NCBI RefSeq assembly: GCF_964213995.1
Contig: NW_027590479.1
Coordinates: forward strand, 124,001 to 188,000
DNA length: 64,000 nt
Source: Mustelus asterias
Lineage: Eukaryota
Direction: 5' to 3'
Under the pieces are notes generated by a model. The model ran no database searches and was not told the DNA's origin. It saw only the letters and a list, made by a program, of their open reading frames with translations. The first letter of the stretch is position 1, and every line of letters begins with the position of its first letter. This document shows positions 12,625-26,675 of this stretch, piece by piece. Made by a program: the position numbers and the translations under genes.

Positions 12625-15255
12625 GACCATCAGACCATTAGACCATTAGATTTAGGAGCAGAATTAGGCCATTCGGCCCAAGGAGACTGCTCCTGCATTC
12701 AATCGTGGCAACTATGATTCTCATCCACACTCTCCTGCCTTCTCCCCAGAACTCTTGATCCCCTTATCCATCAAGAACCTATCTATCTCTGTCTGAAAGA
12801 CGCTCAGTGACCTGACCGCCACAGCCCTCTATGACAATGAGTTCCACAGATTCACCACTCTCAAGCTGAGGAAATTCCTTCTTCTCTCAGTTTTAAAGGA
12901 GCGTCTCTTCACTCTGACTTTGTGCCCTCGAGTTCTCGTCGCTCTCACAACTGGAAACATTCCCTCCACGTTCACTCTAACCAGGCCCCTCAGTATTCTG
13001 TAAGTTTCAACGAGATCCCTCCAGATCCTTCTAAGCTCCATCGAGTATAGGCGCAGACTCCTCAACCACACCTCATATGAAAAACCCTTCATTCCTGGGA
13101 TCATTCTTGTGAACCTCCTCTGGTGCCCCTCCAAGGCCAGCGCATGCTTCCTAAGGTATAGGGCCCAAAACTGTTCACACGATTTCAAATAGTGTCTGAC
13201 CAGAGCCTTATATACCCTCAATAGTACATCCCTGCTCTTATATTCTAGCCCTGTAGAAATGAATGCAAATGTTGAATTTGCCTTCTCAACTGCCAACTGA
13301 ACCTGCATGTTAACAATCAGAGAGCCCTGAGCTAGGACTCCTAAGTCCACTTGTGCACAGATTTCGGAAGCCTTTCCCAATCGAGAAAATTTTCTATGCC
13401 TCTATTCTTCCTACTAAAGTGCATAATCTCACACTTGTATTCCATATTATACTTCCTTGCCCATTCTCCTATCCTATCCAAGTCATTCTGCAGCCTCCCC
13501 ATGTCCTGAACACTCCCTGTCTCTCTACATATCTTTGTGTGATCCACAAATTTAGCAACCATGCCCTCAGTTCCATCTTACAGATCATTAATGTATATCG
13601 TGAAAAGTTGGGGTCACAGCACTGACCTCTGTGGAACACCACGAGTCACCCTCGGACTCCATTACCCCCACTCTCTGCCTTATGACTGTCAGCCAATCTT
13701 CTATCTATGTCAGTACATTACCTCCAATAAAATTTGGCTTTTGCTCATTTAGCAGCCTCATGTAAGGTACCTTGTCAAAGGCTTTCTGGAACTCCAAATA
13801 AATCACGTCCACTGGCTCTCCTTTGTCTAATTTCTTCATTCCCGCCTCAAAAAACTCAAAAACATTTGTCAGACATGACCTCCACTTAACGAAGCCAAGC
13901 TGAAGCAGCCCTATTTTACCATGCATTTCCAGGTAGTCCGCAATTTCATCCTTAATAATGGACTCCAAGATCTTACCCACCACCGAGATTAGGCTAACTG
14001 GCCTATAATTTCCCATCTTCTGCCTCTCTTCCTTCTCAAAAAGGGCTGTTACATTAGCATTATCCCAGTCCTCTTGGACCTTCCCTGACTCCAGTTATCC
14101 CTGAAAGATCACCACCAATGCCTCCACAATCTCCTCAGCTATCCACTTCAGATCCTGGGGTGTAGTCAATTCAATCGTGGTGATTCATAAACCTTCAGAC
14201 CTTTCAGCTTCCCTTTAGTGATGGCCATTACATTTACTTCTGCCCCCTGACTTTCTTGAAGTTTCGGCATGTTACTGGTGTCTTCCAACGTGAAGACTGA
14301 AACACAGTACCCATTCTGTTCCTTTGTCATTTTTTTGTCCCCGATTACTACTTCTCCAGCTGTCCAATGTCCATCCCTGACTCTCTCTTACCTTTTATAT
14401 ATCTAAGAAAAAACTCATGCAATCTTCTTTGACATTACTAGCGAGCTTACCACCATATTTCATCTTTTCACCCTTTTTGTTTTTTTTTTCTAGTAGTCCT
14501 CTGCTTGCCTTTAAAGGATTCCCAATCCTTTAGCTTCCCACTATTTCTCGCCTCACGGTATTCTCTTTCCTTTGCTTTTATGCTATCGCCTTCTTCCCTT
14601 GTCAGCCATGGTGGCCTCGTCGTCCCCTCAACATGCTTCCTCTTTCTTGGAATACATTTATGATGTGCCTTCTGAATTGTCCCCCCAAACCCCTGCCACG
14701 GTTGTTCCACAGTCTTTCCTGCTAGGCATCCTGTCCAAACAAATCTGGCCAGTTCCTCCCTTACGGCCTTGTAGGTGCCTTTACTCAATTGTAGCACCGT
14801 TTTATCCGATTTCAAAGTTTCCCCCTTAAACTGCAAGGTGAATTCAATCATATTGCTATCAATACCCCTTAGGCGTTCCTTCAACTTAAGTTCCCTGATC
14901 AAGATTGCCTCATTACACATTACCAGACCCAGAAGTGCCTGTTCTGGCACAAGCTGCTCCAAAAACAAACACCGCATCGACATTCCACAATTTGTTTTAT
15001 CTTCGGATCCGCTACCAACTTCATTTTCCCAGTCTACCTGCACATTGAAATCCCCCATGCTCTCTGTAATATTGCCTTTCTTCCATGCCTTTTTTATCTC
15101 CTGACATATTTTCTGTCCGACTTACTGACGACGGCTGGGAGTCCTGTACATAACTCCCATCTGGATCATTTTCCCAATTGCAATTCCTCAACTCCACCAC
15201 ACAGATTCTATGCCGTCCGACCCTATATCCCTTCTTGCTAATGATTTAATTTCGT
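12625..15255 (-). mobile_element. Degenerate CR1 LINE (endonuclease end, RT, 3' UTR)
   Basis: Fragmented ORFs MGDFN, GNYRPVSLISVVGKILE, FQKAFDKVP, KFVDHTK; (agaccatt)n tail. Confidence 0.9.
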
Positions 15256-15257
15256 TT

Positions 15258-15580
15258 CATAGAATCATATAATCCTGCAGTGCAGAAGGAGCCCATTCGG
15301 CCCAACGAGTTTGTACGGACCACAATACCATCCAGGCCCTATCCCCGTAAAACCACGCATTTACCCTAGCTATTCCCCTTGACACTAAGGGGCAATGTAG
15401 CATGGCCAATCCACCTAACTTCACATCTTCGGACTGTGGGAGGAAACCAGAGAACCCAGAAGAAACCAACGCAGACACAGGGAGAATGTACAAAGTGCAC
15501 ACAGACAGTCACTCAAGCCGGGAATCGAACCCGGGTCCCTGGCACTGTCGGCCACAGTGCTAAACACTGTGCCACCGTGC
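15258..15580 (-). mobile_element. HE1-like V-SINE
   Basis: V-SINE core sequence, diverged. Confidence 0.85.
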
Positions 15581-15673
15581 TGTGTTTCTTACCAACATGG
15601 CATGTTGGCCTTGATAGCGAGAGGTAGTGTGCATGATTATCCGAATCTCGATGTTACAGCCATATTGTCACTG

Positions 15674-15990
15674 GGGCGGCATGGTAGCACAATGGTTAGC
15701 ACGGCTACCCCTAGGCGCCAGGGACCCGGGTTCGATTCCTGTCTTAGGTGACTATTTGTGCGGAGTTTGCACATTCTCCTCGTGTCTGCGTGGGTTTCCT
15801 CTGGGTGCTCCGGTTTCCTCCCACAGTCCGAAGATGCGCGACGTACGTTGATTGGCAATGATAAATTGCCCCTTAGTATCAGGGGACAAACTGGGATAAA
15901 TGCACAAGGTTATGGAGATCGGGCCTGGATTGGATTGTGATCAGAGGAAAAACGATGGGCCGAATGGCCTCGGTCTACAGTGGAGGATCA
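15674..15990 (+). mobile_element. HE1-like V-SINE, head-to-head with the previous copy
   Basis: ggcggcatggtagcacaatggttagc head and V-SINE core. Confidence 0.85.
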
Positions 15991-16372
15991 GATAATTCCA
16001 TTTGAGTATAGAAATAGGAATGCTGTGCTGCAGTTGTATGGGGCGTTGATGATGTCACACCTGGAGACAACAAACTGGCTCTGCAATAAAGTCAATTCAT
16101 CAAAGAGCGTGGACTTCCTGGTCAATAGAAACAGATAATTCTTCTTTCTCACCCCGCACTGTAATTCGTAATTATAATTCAAAGAGGGCAGAAGAAGCGA
16201 TGTTTCCATTTACGGATAACTAGCTCACCACCTTCTGGTTTTACAGCATCATTTGTAACAGACAGAATTGAGCTGAGAACATTCTGAGAGACATCAGCAG
16301 ATTATCAAGGGCAGAATTTCGAACGGGTGACTTAAAATGTTCGACTCTCCTTTTCGAGAGAGGACAGCGACA

Positions 16373-16418
16373 ATACGGCTACTTCGCGCGTGAGTCGTGT
16401 GGGGAGCATTTCTGACAG
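16373..16418 (+). pseudogene. Degenerate TCR V leader exon, probably belonging to the V at 21.7 kb
   Basis: gacagcgaca ATA cgg...gtg tgg gga gca ttt ctg aca g aligns with the leaders at 27205 and 62889; ATG, one codon (TGA) and the donor are mutated. Confidence 0.7.
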
Positions 16419-16892
16419 TTGATTGTGGTCCAGTGACATTGGTTCTTTCCTTAAATTATCGAATAATTTTCGCATACACTGGCCAGATTTCTTCATATTT
16501 TAAAGTAGAGGCGCAGAGTTATAGAGGTTTACAGGATGGAAACAGGCCCTTCGGCCCAACTTGTCCATGCCTCCCTTTTTTAAAACCCCTAAGCTAGTCG
16601 CAATTTCCCGCATTTGGCCCATATCCCTCTCTCCTCATGTAACTGCCAAAACGCTTTTTAAAAGACAAAATTCGACCCGCCCCTACTACTGCCTCTGGCA
16701 GCTTGTTCCAGACACTCACCACCCTCTGTGTGAAACAATTGCCCCTCTGGACCCCTTTGTATGTCTCCCCTTTCACCTTAAACCTATGCCCTCTAGTTTT
16801 AGACTTCCCCATATTTGGGAAAATGTATTGACTATCGAGCTGATCTATACCCCTCATTACTTTATAGACCTCCATAAGATCATCCCTCACCT

Positions 16893-17229
16893 CATAGAAA
16901 TCATAGAAACCCTACAGTGTAGAAAGAGGCCATTCGGCCCATCGAGTCTACACCGACCACAATCCCACCCAAGCCCTACCCCCATATCCACCCGCTAATC
17001 CCTCTAACCTACCCATCTCAAGACACTAAGGGGCAATTTTAGCACGGCCAATCAACCTAACCCGCACATCTTTGGACTGTGGGAGGAAACCGGAGCACCC
17101 GGAGGAAACCCACGCAGACACGAGGAGAATGTGCAAACTCCACACAGACAGTGACCCAAGCCGGGAATCGAACCCAGGTCCCTGGAGCTGTGAAGCAGCA
17201 GTGCTAACCACTGTGCTACCGTGCCGCCC
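16893..17229 (-). mobile_element. HE1-like V-SINE nested in the CR1
   Basis: Complete SINE splitting the CR1 C-terminal coding region. Confidence 0.9.
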
Positions 17230-20200
17230 TTTCTAAGCTCCAGAGAAAAAGGTCCCAGTCTATCCAGTCTCTCCTTATAACTCAAACTATCAAGTCCCGG
17301 TAGCATCCTAGATAACCTCTTTAGCACTCTTTCTATTTTAATAATATTCTTTATATAATAGGCTGACCAGAAATTTGCACAGTATTCCACGTGTGGCCTT
17401 CCCAATGTCTTGTACAACTTCAACAAGACGTCCCAACTCCTGTATTCAATGTTCTGACCAATGAAACCAAGCATGTGGAATGCCTTCTTCACCACTCTGT
17501 CCACCTGTGACTCCACTGTCAAGGAGCTATGAACCTGTACACCTCGTTCTCTTTGTTCTGTAACTCCCTCCAACGCCCTACGATTAACTGAGTAAGTCCT
17601 GCCCTTGTTCAATCTACAAAAATGCATCACCTGGCATTTATCCAAATTAAACTCCATCTGCCATTCGTCAGCCCACTGGCCCAATTGATCAGGATCCCGT
17701 TGCAATCCGAGATAACCTTCCCCACTTTCCAATATGCCAGCAATCTTGGTGTCATCTGGAAAGTTACTAACCTTGCCTCCTCCTATATTTTCATCCAAAT
17801 CATTAAGATAAATATCAGAGGACCCAACACCGATCCCTGAGCCACACCTCAGGTCACAGGCCTCCAGTTTGAAAAACAACCCTCTCCAACCACCGTATGG
17901 CTTCTGTCATCAAGCCAATTTTGTATCCATTCAGGTACCCCACCCTGGATCCCGTGAGATTTTAATCTTATGCAACAATCTACCATGCGGTACCTTGTCA
18001 AAGGCCTTGCTAAAGTCCATGTAGACAACACCAACTGCACGGCCCTCATCTACCTTCTTGGTTACCATTTCAAAAAACTCAATCAAATTTGTGAGACATG
18101 ACTTTCCACTCACAAAGCCATACTGACTGTCCCTAATCTGTTGTTGCGTCTCTAAATGCCTGTAGACTCTGTCTCTCAAAATAACTTGCAACAACTTATC
18201 CAGCACAGATGTGAGGCTCACCGGCCAGTAGTTCCCAGGCTGTTCCCTGCAGCCCATTTTGAACAAAGGGACAACATTTGCGACCCTCCAATCTTCAGGC
18301 ACCTCACCTGTGACTATCGACGATTCAAATATCTCTGTAGGGGACCTGCAATTTCCTCCCCTGCCTTCCACAATGTCCTGGGATACACTTCATTAGGTCC
18401 CGGGGATTTACCTACCTTGATGGACTTTATGACTTCCAGCACCTCCTTCTCTGTAATATGTGCGCGCCTCAAGACATCACCATTTATGTCCTCTAGTTCT
18501 CTAACATCCATGCTTTTCTCAACAGTAAATACTGATGAGAAATATTCATTTAGGATCTCAACCATCTCTTGTGAATCCGCACATAGATGACGTTGTTGAT
18601 CTTTAAGAGGCCATACTCTCTCGCTAGTTACTCTTTTGGCCTTTATGTATTTGCAGAAGCTCTTTGGATTCTTCTTTGCCTTATCTGCCAAATCAATCCC
18701 TTGTCCCCTTTTTGCCCTCCTGATTTCTCTCTTAACTCTACTCCTACATCCTCTAGACTATTCAAGGGATTCACTTGATCCCAGCTGCCTATGCATGTCA
18801 TGTGCCTCCTTCTTCTTTTTGACCAGGTCCTCAATATCCCGAGTCATCCAGGGTTCCCTACTTCTACTAGTCTTGCCCTTCACTCTTAAGAGGAATGTGC
18901 TTACTCTGAAAGCTGGTTAACACACTTTTGAAAGCCTCCCACTTACCAGATGTCCCTTTGCTTCCCCACATACTCCCCAATTAACGTTTGAATGTTGCTG
19001 CCTGTTATCATCAAAATTGGCCTTACCCCAATTTAGAATTATAACTTTTGGGCCAGACCTATCATTCTCCATAGCTATCTTAAAACTAATAAAATGATGG
19101 TCACTGGTCCCCAAATGATCCCTCACTAACACTTCTGTCACCTGCCCTTCTTTATTTTCCAAGAGGGCATCAAGTTTTGCCCCCTCTCTAGTCGGATCAT
19201 CCACATACTGAATGAAAAATTCCTCCTGACTACACTCAACAAATTTCTCTCCATTCAACCCACTAATACTAAGGCTGTCCCAGTCAATGTTGTGAAAGTT
19301 AAAATCCATTAATATTGCCGTCCTATTTTTCTTGGAGCTATCTGTAATCTCCTTACGTATATGCTCCTCAATTTCGCGCTGTCTATTTGGGGGCCTAAAG
19401 TACAACCCTATCACAGTGATTTTCCTCTTATTATTTATCAGTTCTACCCATATACACTCAGTGGCCGAACCCTCGGATATATCCCCTCTCAGTACTGCTG
19501 TGATGTTCTCCCTAATCAAAAGTGCCACCCCTCTCCTCTCTTACCTCCTGTTCTATCTTTCCTCTAGCATCTGTACCCTTGAACATTGAGCTGCCAGTCC
19601 TGTCCCTCCCTTAGCCATGTTTCAGCAATTGCTATAATATCCCAGTCCCAAGGACCCATCCGTGCCTTGAGTTCTTCTGTCTTGCCCGTCAGGACTCTTG
19701 CATTGAAATAAATGCAGTTTAATCTGGACTTCCCTCGCTCTCTGCTCTGCGTTTGCCTGATGTGTCTGGTACTAGGATGACTGACAATGCCTTTACTACT
19801 TAATGTGCTCTCTTTAACTTCTGTGCTGTCCTCAACGTTCTCTTCTGTCTCCCTACTGCTTTGGGTCCCACCCCCCTGGCACTAGTTTAAACCCTCCCGA
19901 GCGGCTCTTGCAAATCTCCCCCCACTAGGGTATTAGTCCCCCTCCAGTTCAGGTGTAACCCATCCCTCTTGAACAGGTCACCCTTTCCCCAGAAGAGATC
20001 CCTGCCCCTGCACCAGCTCTCAAGCCACGCATTCGGCTGCCTAATCTTCCTATTCCCACCGACACGTGGCACCGATAGTAGTCCAGAAATTACAAACTTC
20101 GAGGTCCTGCACTATAGCCTTCTGCCTAACTCTCTATATGCACACTTCAGGACCTCATCCCTTTTACTATCTATGTCGTGGATACCAATATGTACAACGA

Positions 20201-20699
20201 CGTTTGGCTGGTCACCCTCCTCCTTAAGAATGTCCTGCAACTGCTCAGAGACGTCCTTGACCCTGGCATCCTGGAGTCTCGATCGCAGCCACAGAAACGC
20301 CTGTCTGTGCCTCCACCTAGCAATTCCCCTATTACTGCAGCTCACTTGCTCTTTGCCCAACCCTGTGCGACAGCAGAACCAGGTTTGGTGCGTCAGGGCA
20401 GGCTGCTGCTGGGATCTTCCCCTTACAGGCTATCCCCTTCAAAACGATATACCTGCTTGAAAGGGGAATAGCCACTGGAGACTCCTGCACCTCCTGTCTG
20501 CCTCACCTGGCGGTCACCCATCTACCTGACTGAAGCTGTGATGTGACAACCTCCTTGTAACCTATGCCCACCACACTCTCTGCCTCCCGTATGCTTCGCA
20601 GTGCATCCACCTGCTGCTCCAACCGAACAATGTGGTCTGTGAGGATCTGCAACACTTCCTGCACACATAGTTATCAGGGAGACTAGATTGCTCCCTAAT

Positions 20700-21105
20700 T
20701 TTTGATTTGATTTGATTTATTATTGTCAGAAATATGAACATATAGTGAAAAGTATTGTTTCCTGCGCGCTATACAGACAAAACATACCATTCATAGAGAA
20801 GGAAACGAGAGAGTGCAGAATGTAGTGTTACAGTCATTGCTGGGGTGCAGAGAAAGATCAACTTGATGCAAGGAAAGTCCTTTCAAAAGTGTGTCAGCAG
20901 CAGGGAAGAAGCTGTTCTTGAGTCAGTTGGTACGTGACCTCAGACTTTTGTATCTTTTTCCCGAAGAAAGAAGGTGGAAGAGAGAATGTCCGGGGTGCAT
21001 GGGCTCCTTAATTATGCTGGCTGCGTTGCCGAGGCATCGGCAAATGTAAAGAAAGTCAATGAATGGGAGGCTGGTTGGCCTGATGTATTGGCCTACATTC
21101 ACCAC
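20700..21105 (-). mobile_element. 3' end of a different non-LTR element nested in CR1 ORF1
   Basis: (tttga)n tail; peptide AASIIKEPMHPGHSLFHLLSSGKRYKSLRSRTN resembles Rex1/Babar-type C-termini. Confidence 0.6.
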
Positions 21106-21321
21106 CTAATTTCCCACATCTGGCAGGAGGACCATACCACTGCCCCAACTGTCATACTGCCTTCAAACAGGTAAAAGGATAAAATAATCTCAGCCCACCT
21201 TTCCCTTGATTGTAGCCCTCCCAAAGTCTTTTTTTTTGGTTCGAGGAAAAGGTAGGCACGGAAACACTGAAGTAGCGTTTGGCGTTTAGCTGTCCCTTTA
21301 CAACAGCTCCTCCACAGACTA

Positions 21322-21660
21322 CCTTCTGGTCGCAGTGACTGCGACAATGCAAATCTTACCTGCAACAGACAATCAGCCCCGCCACTCTGCTGCCCTCACC
21401 TGGACACTTACCTTCACACGAATATGGAGCGTCCCTTCCGGACGTCCACCTTCTGGTCGCAGTGACTGCGTTGATGCAAATCTCACCTGCAACAGCCAAT
21501 CAGCTCCGCCGCTCTGCTGCCCTCACCTGGAAACTTGCTTCACACAAAGATGGAGGGTGCCTTCCGGACGTCCACCTTCTGGTCGCAATGACAGCGCTGA
21601 TGCAAATCTTACCTGCAACAACCAATCAGTTCCGTCGCTCTGCTGCCCTGACCTGGACGT
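21322..21660. repeat. Tandem repeat, about 126-bp unit, about 2.7 copies
   Basis: ccttctggtcgcagtgact...tgcaaatcttacctgcaac...ctctgctgccctcacctgga occurs three times. Confidence 0.9.
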
Positions 21661-21675
21661 GATGATCTTTTCATG

Positions 21676-21981
21676 TCCTTGTGAAGGAGATTCTGTCACC
21701 CAGCCGCCCTCATTAGATATAAAGAAAGAATGAGATGCAGTGATATTGACCAGTACGCATAATACTACAGTGAAGAACTATATATCATGCTGGTACCGAC
21801 AATACCCAGATACACAGCCCGAGTTTGTATTCTTGAAAAACTCCTGGGATTCTGCGGTCAAAGCATATTTTGCCAAAATCCCTTTCTCTGCTGAGCTCCA
21901 GATTGAGAATAAATTTACCAGATTAACAAGCTCTGGGCTGGAGGAGAATGACTCTGCCTTGCATTACTGTGCTATCAGTCT
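21676..21981 (+). pseudogene. TCR alpha/delta-type V pseudogene with 23-RSS (21982-22020)
   Basis: GDSVTQP..KKE*DAV...WYRQYPDTQPEF...DSALHYCA; in-frame stop, first Cys lost; cacagtt-23-acaagaact. Confidence 0.85.
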
Positions 21982-22559
21982 CACAGTTTTAGCATTCAAT
22001 CTGATCACCGTACAAGAACTGTCGGCGGGAGTTGCTATGTACTGCAGGTCATATAGAATCGGAGATGGCTGCAACTACAATGTTCAGCGGCGATTCCATG
22101 TACCAGAATACTCAACGAAATGAACCAAAATTAACCTGGGATCAAACTGTAATCTAACGGTAAGCAGCAGGGGCTAAGTAATCAAACTGCAGAACCCAAT
22201 AGAACAAAGACACAGCGCAGTGCCACAATGACACCCCTCACCCCTACCTTCAATAATTTCCTGTCTTGTCAGACTGATCGATCGTGAGCTGGATATCAGT
22301 GAATGGAAATAGGCTGTGTTAGAGGGCAATGTCCTGACCATGGAAATACACCCACTGTTGGAGAGCGGGAGTGGGAATGTAAGCATCCTCTTTTAAATTG
22401 GCACTGTCGCTAATAAAACAGATTTAAAACCAATCATCGCACTCAACCAAACATACTGAAGGCCATCTGTGTAGATGAGAATTTGTACTCAATTTCCCGG
22501 TGGCCCGCAGACTGTGGATTTCGTCAGTTGCAATAATAAAAATAACCAGAAAATGTAAG

Positions 22560-23030
22560 AACATTTCACCAGCATCCGTTAGCCTTTTGAGAATTCAGTG
22601 GATTCTCAGAGAGAAGACCATTTGCCATGCATCGCAAGCGAGGGAACAACTCACGCTTGGCATGTTTACTGTTGAATGGAGATCACTGGATCACATTGCA
22701 CTCGGGCAGGAGAACGGTAATTTTCCTCATCATAGTTCACCATTCCACAGTGAGAGAACCTGAACGGTTTCCCATCAGTGCACATATGTTGATGTGACAA
22801 CAGATTGCAGGAGCTTTGATCGCGTTTCCCGCAGTCTGGGCATTTAAATGGTCTGTCAGTTGTGTGAATTCGCTGGTGTCTCAGCAGGATGGGTGCTTGA
22901 CTCGATCCCTTCCACCTTTGGAGCAGATGTAAGGTCCCTTGTGAGTGTGAACTCGCTGGTGTCCCCGCAGACGAGAAGAGTGAGTGAATCATTTCCCACA
23001 CAGAGCAGCTGAATGGCATTAATGTCACAC
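22560..23030 (-). pseudogene. C2H2 zinc-finger gene remnant
   Basis: LLRHQRIHTTDRPFKCPDCGK...LLSHQHMCTDGKPF; frames disrupted. Confidence 0.75.
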
Positions 23031-23109
23031 CGCGTTAATGAAACACCTGTGAAATTCAGAGACAATGAATGGCCGGACGATTACTACTTGCTCTGAATTC
23101 TCCTGACTT

Positions 23110-24330
23110 GGTAGTGCAGTTGATGTTATCTACAGTGCAGTTGATGTTGTCTGCATGGACTTTAGCAAGGCCTTTGACAAGGTACCGGATGATAGGTTGT
23201 TGCATGAGGTTAAATCTCACGGGATCCAGGGTGAGGTATGTAAATGGATACAAAATTGACAGAAGTCAGAGGGTGGTTGTGGAGGGTCGTTTTTCAAACT
23301 GGAGGCCTGTGACCACCGGTGTGCCTCAGGGATCAGTGCTGGACCTACTGTTATTTGTCATTTATATTAAAGATTTGGATGAGAATATCGGAAACATGGT
23401 TTGTAAGTTTGCAGATGACACCATGATTGGTGGCATAGTGGACGGTGAAGAACGGTATCTCCAATTGCAACGGGATCTTGATCAATTGGGCCAGTCGGCC
23501 GACGAATGGCAGATGGAGTTTAATTTCGACAAATGCGAGGCGATGCATTTTGGTCGACTGAATCAGAGCAGGACTTACTAAGTTAATGGTAGGGCGTTGG
23601 GCAGAGTTACAGAACAAAAAGATCTAGGGGTACAGGTTCACAGCTCCTTGAAAGTGGAGTCACAGATGGACAGAGTGGTGAAGAAGGCATTCGTCATGCT
23701 TGGTTTCATCTGTCAGAACATTGAATACAGGAGTTGGAATGTCTTGTTGAAGTTGTACAAGACATTGGAACGGTCGCAATGGAATACTGTGTGCAGTTCT
23801 TTTCACCCTATTATAGAAAGGATATAATTAAACTTGAAAGAGTGCCGAAAACATTTACTAGGATGCTTCCGGGACTGACGGTTTGAGTTATAAGGAGAGG
23901 CTGGATAGACTGGGATTTTTTTTCCTGGAGCATAGAAGGCTGAGGGGTGATCTTACAGAGATCTACAAAATAATGAGAGGCACAGATTAGCTAGACAGTC
24001 AATATCTTTTCCCAAAGGTAGGGGAGCCTGAAACTAGTGGGCATAGTTTCAAAGTGAGAGGGGAGATATACAAACGTGTCCAGAGGGGCAATTTCTTAAC
24101 ATAGAAGGTGGTGAGTGTCTGGAACAAGCTGCCAGAGGTAGTAGTAGAGGCGGGTACAATTTTGTTTTTAAAAAAACATTTAGATAGTTACATGGGTAAA
24201 TTGGGTTCAGAGGGATATGGGCCAAAAGCGAGCATTGGGATGAGCGTAGGGGCTTAAAATAAATGAGCGGCATGGACAAGTCGGGCCGAAGGGCCTGTTT
24301 CCATGCTGTAATCTTCTATGACTATGGCTC
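23110..24330 (+). mobile_element. CR1 LINE RT and 3' end
   Basis: GVPQGSVL, KFADDT, WQMEFN motifs; CR1 3' UTR. Confidence 0.9.
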
Positions 24331-25369
24331 TATGCCTCTTTGTGGCTTGCCGGTCCTGTGTGAGCCATCCTTACCACCGAAATCTGATTCTAAGAGCTGC
24401 TGTATGGTGATGATTGAAGACAGAGTCCCTGAACTACTCCAAGGACGAACCCGCACTTGACTGCACATGGATTTTGTTCAGATTTCCGGTATTTTCAATA
24501 TTTTACATTTTTTTTAATAGAACAAATCCATTTATTTTTAACCATGGTCTGTTACCATTTGCTTTTAAGCTGCTGTTCCACTTGATTTTACCCAAATGAT
24601 TCATTTTGTTTGCTTCATCTCTCCCATTCAGTTCACACTTTGCAATTTAATTTGTGCCGCCCTACAATCTGATTTCTGTATCTGTGTCACACGCCTTCAG
24701 TCAATGTTTATCTCTCTTCTCACGTCCCCTGTGAAAATCCCGACATTGTTTAATCTCTGTTCAATCAACCTTCCCATTGTCCATGTGCCTCCACAGAACT
24801 GTCTCGATCCACCTATCAGACTGCACGGTACCGCATCGGTGGCAAAGCTAATTGGTGAATTATCAAACTTTTTGCTTTATGTCACATTATAATAAACACC
24901 TTTACTTGATTTTTTTTTACATCACAAACTCAGTTCGCCTTCATCTGTAACCATCTGTTGGAAATTAATTGTACCCTTTACTGCCGTAAATCTCACCTCA
25001 GACTGTACAGATATTGAAGCTTTCCAAGCTCAGTTAGAATTAGTCTTTGAAGACATTTAGGTTTGGGCAACGTTCGTGTACAAACGCCCCATTAAATGAC
25101 AATTTCCAACAAGAGCGAATATGACAATCTCCCATTGACAACGAGTCACCCGCCATAAAGCGTCTGGGTTAGCAATGAAGAGAAAGTACTGGACCTCACA
25201 ACGAAATAATTTGTTACAACAGCAAATAAAATACGAAGAATCTTGCGGTGGCTATCTCACCTTCTGACTCCCCAAAGTCTCCCACTATCTAAGAGTTACA
25301 AACCAGGTTGGCGATTTAATATTTTCAACTTGTCCGGTTCAGTGCAATTCCAACAACACTAAAGAGATT

Positions 25370-26010
25370 TAGAACATAGAACATAGAAAAGAGAACAGAG
25401 AACAGTACAGCACAGAACAGGCCCTTCGGCCCACGATGTTGTGCCAAACATGATACCAAATTAAACTAATCTTTTCTGCCTGCCCTTGACCCATATCCCT
25501 CTATTTCTTGCATATTCACGTGCTTATCTAAAAGAGCCTTAAACATCCCTATCGTATCTGCCTCCACCACCACCACGCTTGGCAGCGCGTTCCAGATTCC
25601 TACCAATCTATGTTTAAAAAAAATGCCCCTCACACCTGCTTTGAATTCTTCCCCTTTCACCTTATGAGTGGGACCCCGAGTGTTAAACATTTGAACATTC
25701 TGACGCTCAACCCTATCTATGCCTCCCATAATTATCGAGACTTATATCAGGTCTCCTCACAGCCTCCACCGCTCCAAAGAAACGAACCCCAGTCTGTCCA
25801 GCCTTTCCTGATAGCTATATGCTCTATTCCAGGCAGCACGCTCTCCAAAGCCTCGACATATTTTCTGTAATGTGGCGACCAGAATGGAATGGAATATTCT
25901 AAGTGTCGCCTAACAAAAATGTAATCAAGCTGCAACATTTCGTCCTGAGTCTTGTACACAATGTCCCGACCAATAAAGGCAAGCACGCCATAGACCTTAT
26001 CTACCAACCT
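25370..26010 (-). mobile_element. CR1 LINE 3' fragment
   Basis: HLEYSIPFWSPHY; (tagaaca)n tail. Confidence 0.8.
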
Positions 26011-26675
26011 CTCTATGTGTTTGGACCATCCAGGGCAAGCTGCCATTTCCATGAAAAAGAACCCACAACCTTAAACATTCATTCCCTCCACAACCGATAC
26101 AAAGTGGCAGCAGTGTGTGTTGGATACACACTTGATACACTATCTATTGGATATATTGCAACAAATCGCCATGGCTCCGTCGACAGCACCTTCCAAAGCC
26201 ACAAACTCCACTTCCGAAAAGGACAAGAGCAGCAGATTCATGAGAAAAGTATCAGCTGCAAGTTCCCCTGCAAGTCACACCGCATCCTGACTTGGAAATA
26301 TGTCGCCGACATATTTAGCGGAATTCCTGGATATTTTTCCCAAAAGATCTACAGCTGCAACTCACATGGAATGTGATAGTTCATGAAGGTGAACTGTCAC
26401 CATTTCAATTATAATTACGCCACCATTTCAATAATAGTTACGAATGGTCAACAATGTCCGACCTTTCCACCTGCTATGAAACAGCTTGCGTTAGTAAATA
26501 AAATTAATGCCCAGATAATAAACTAATTTATTTCTGGAGAAAAAAATGGAGGGCGGAAAAAATATTACATGTTTGCCCTTCCGAGTCCCAAACACCAAGG
26601 AAATGTTGAATCCACAGCACTAATTGATCAATCCGGTCCTATCTTTACTGTGAAAATAGTAACTGTGACAGAGCT

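Larger units (their letters stand above)
16510..21300 (-). mobile_element. Near full-length degenerate CR1 LINE (ORF1 with SGNH esterase motifs; ORF2 endonuclease and RT)
   Basis: QPNVVVHIG..D and FKRDGLHLN (ORF1); GLYFRPP, DFN, SDH (endonuclease); MDFSKAFDKVPH and FPDDTK (RT). Confidence 0.9.

Noticed and set aside
16510-21300. Active LINE
   Set aside because: Many frameshifts and nested insertions
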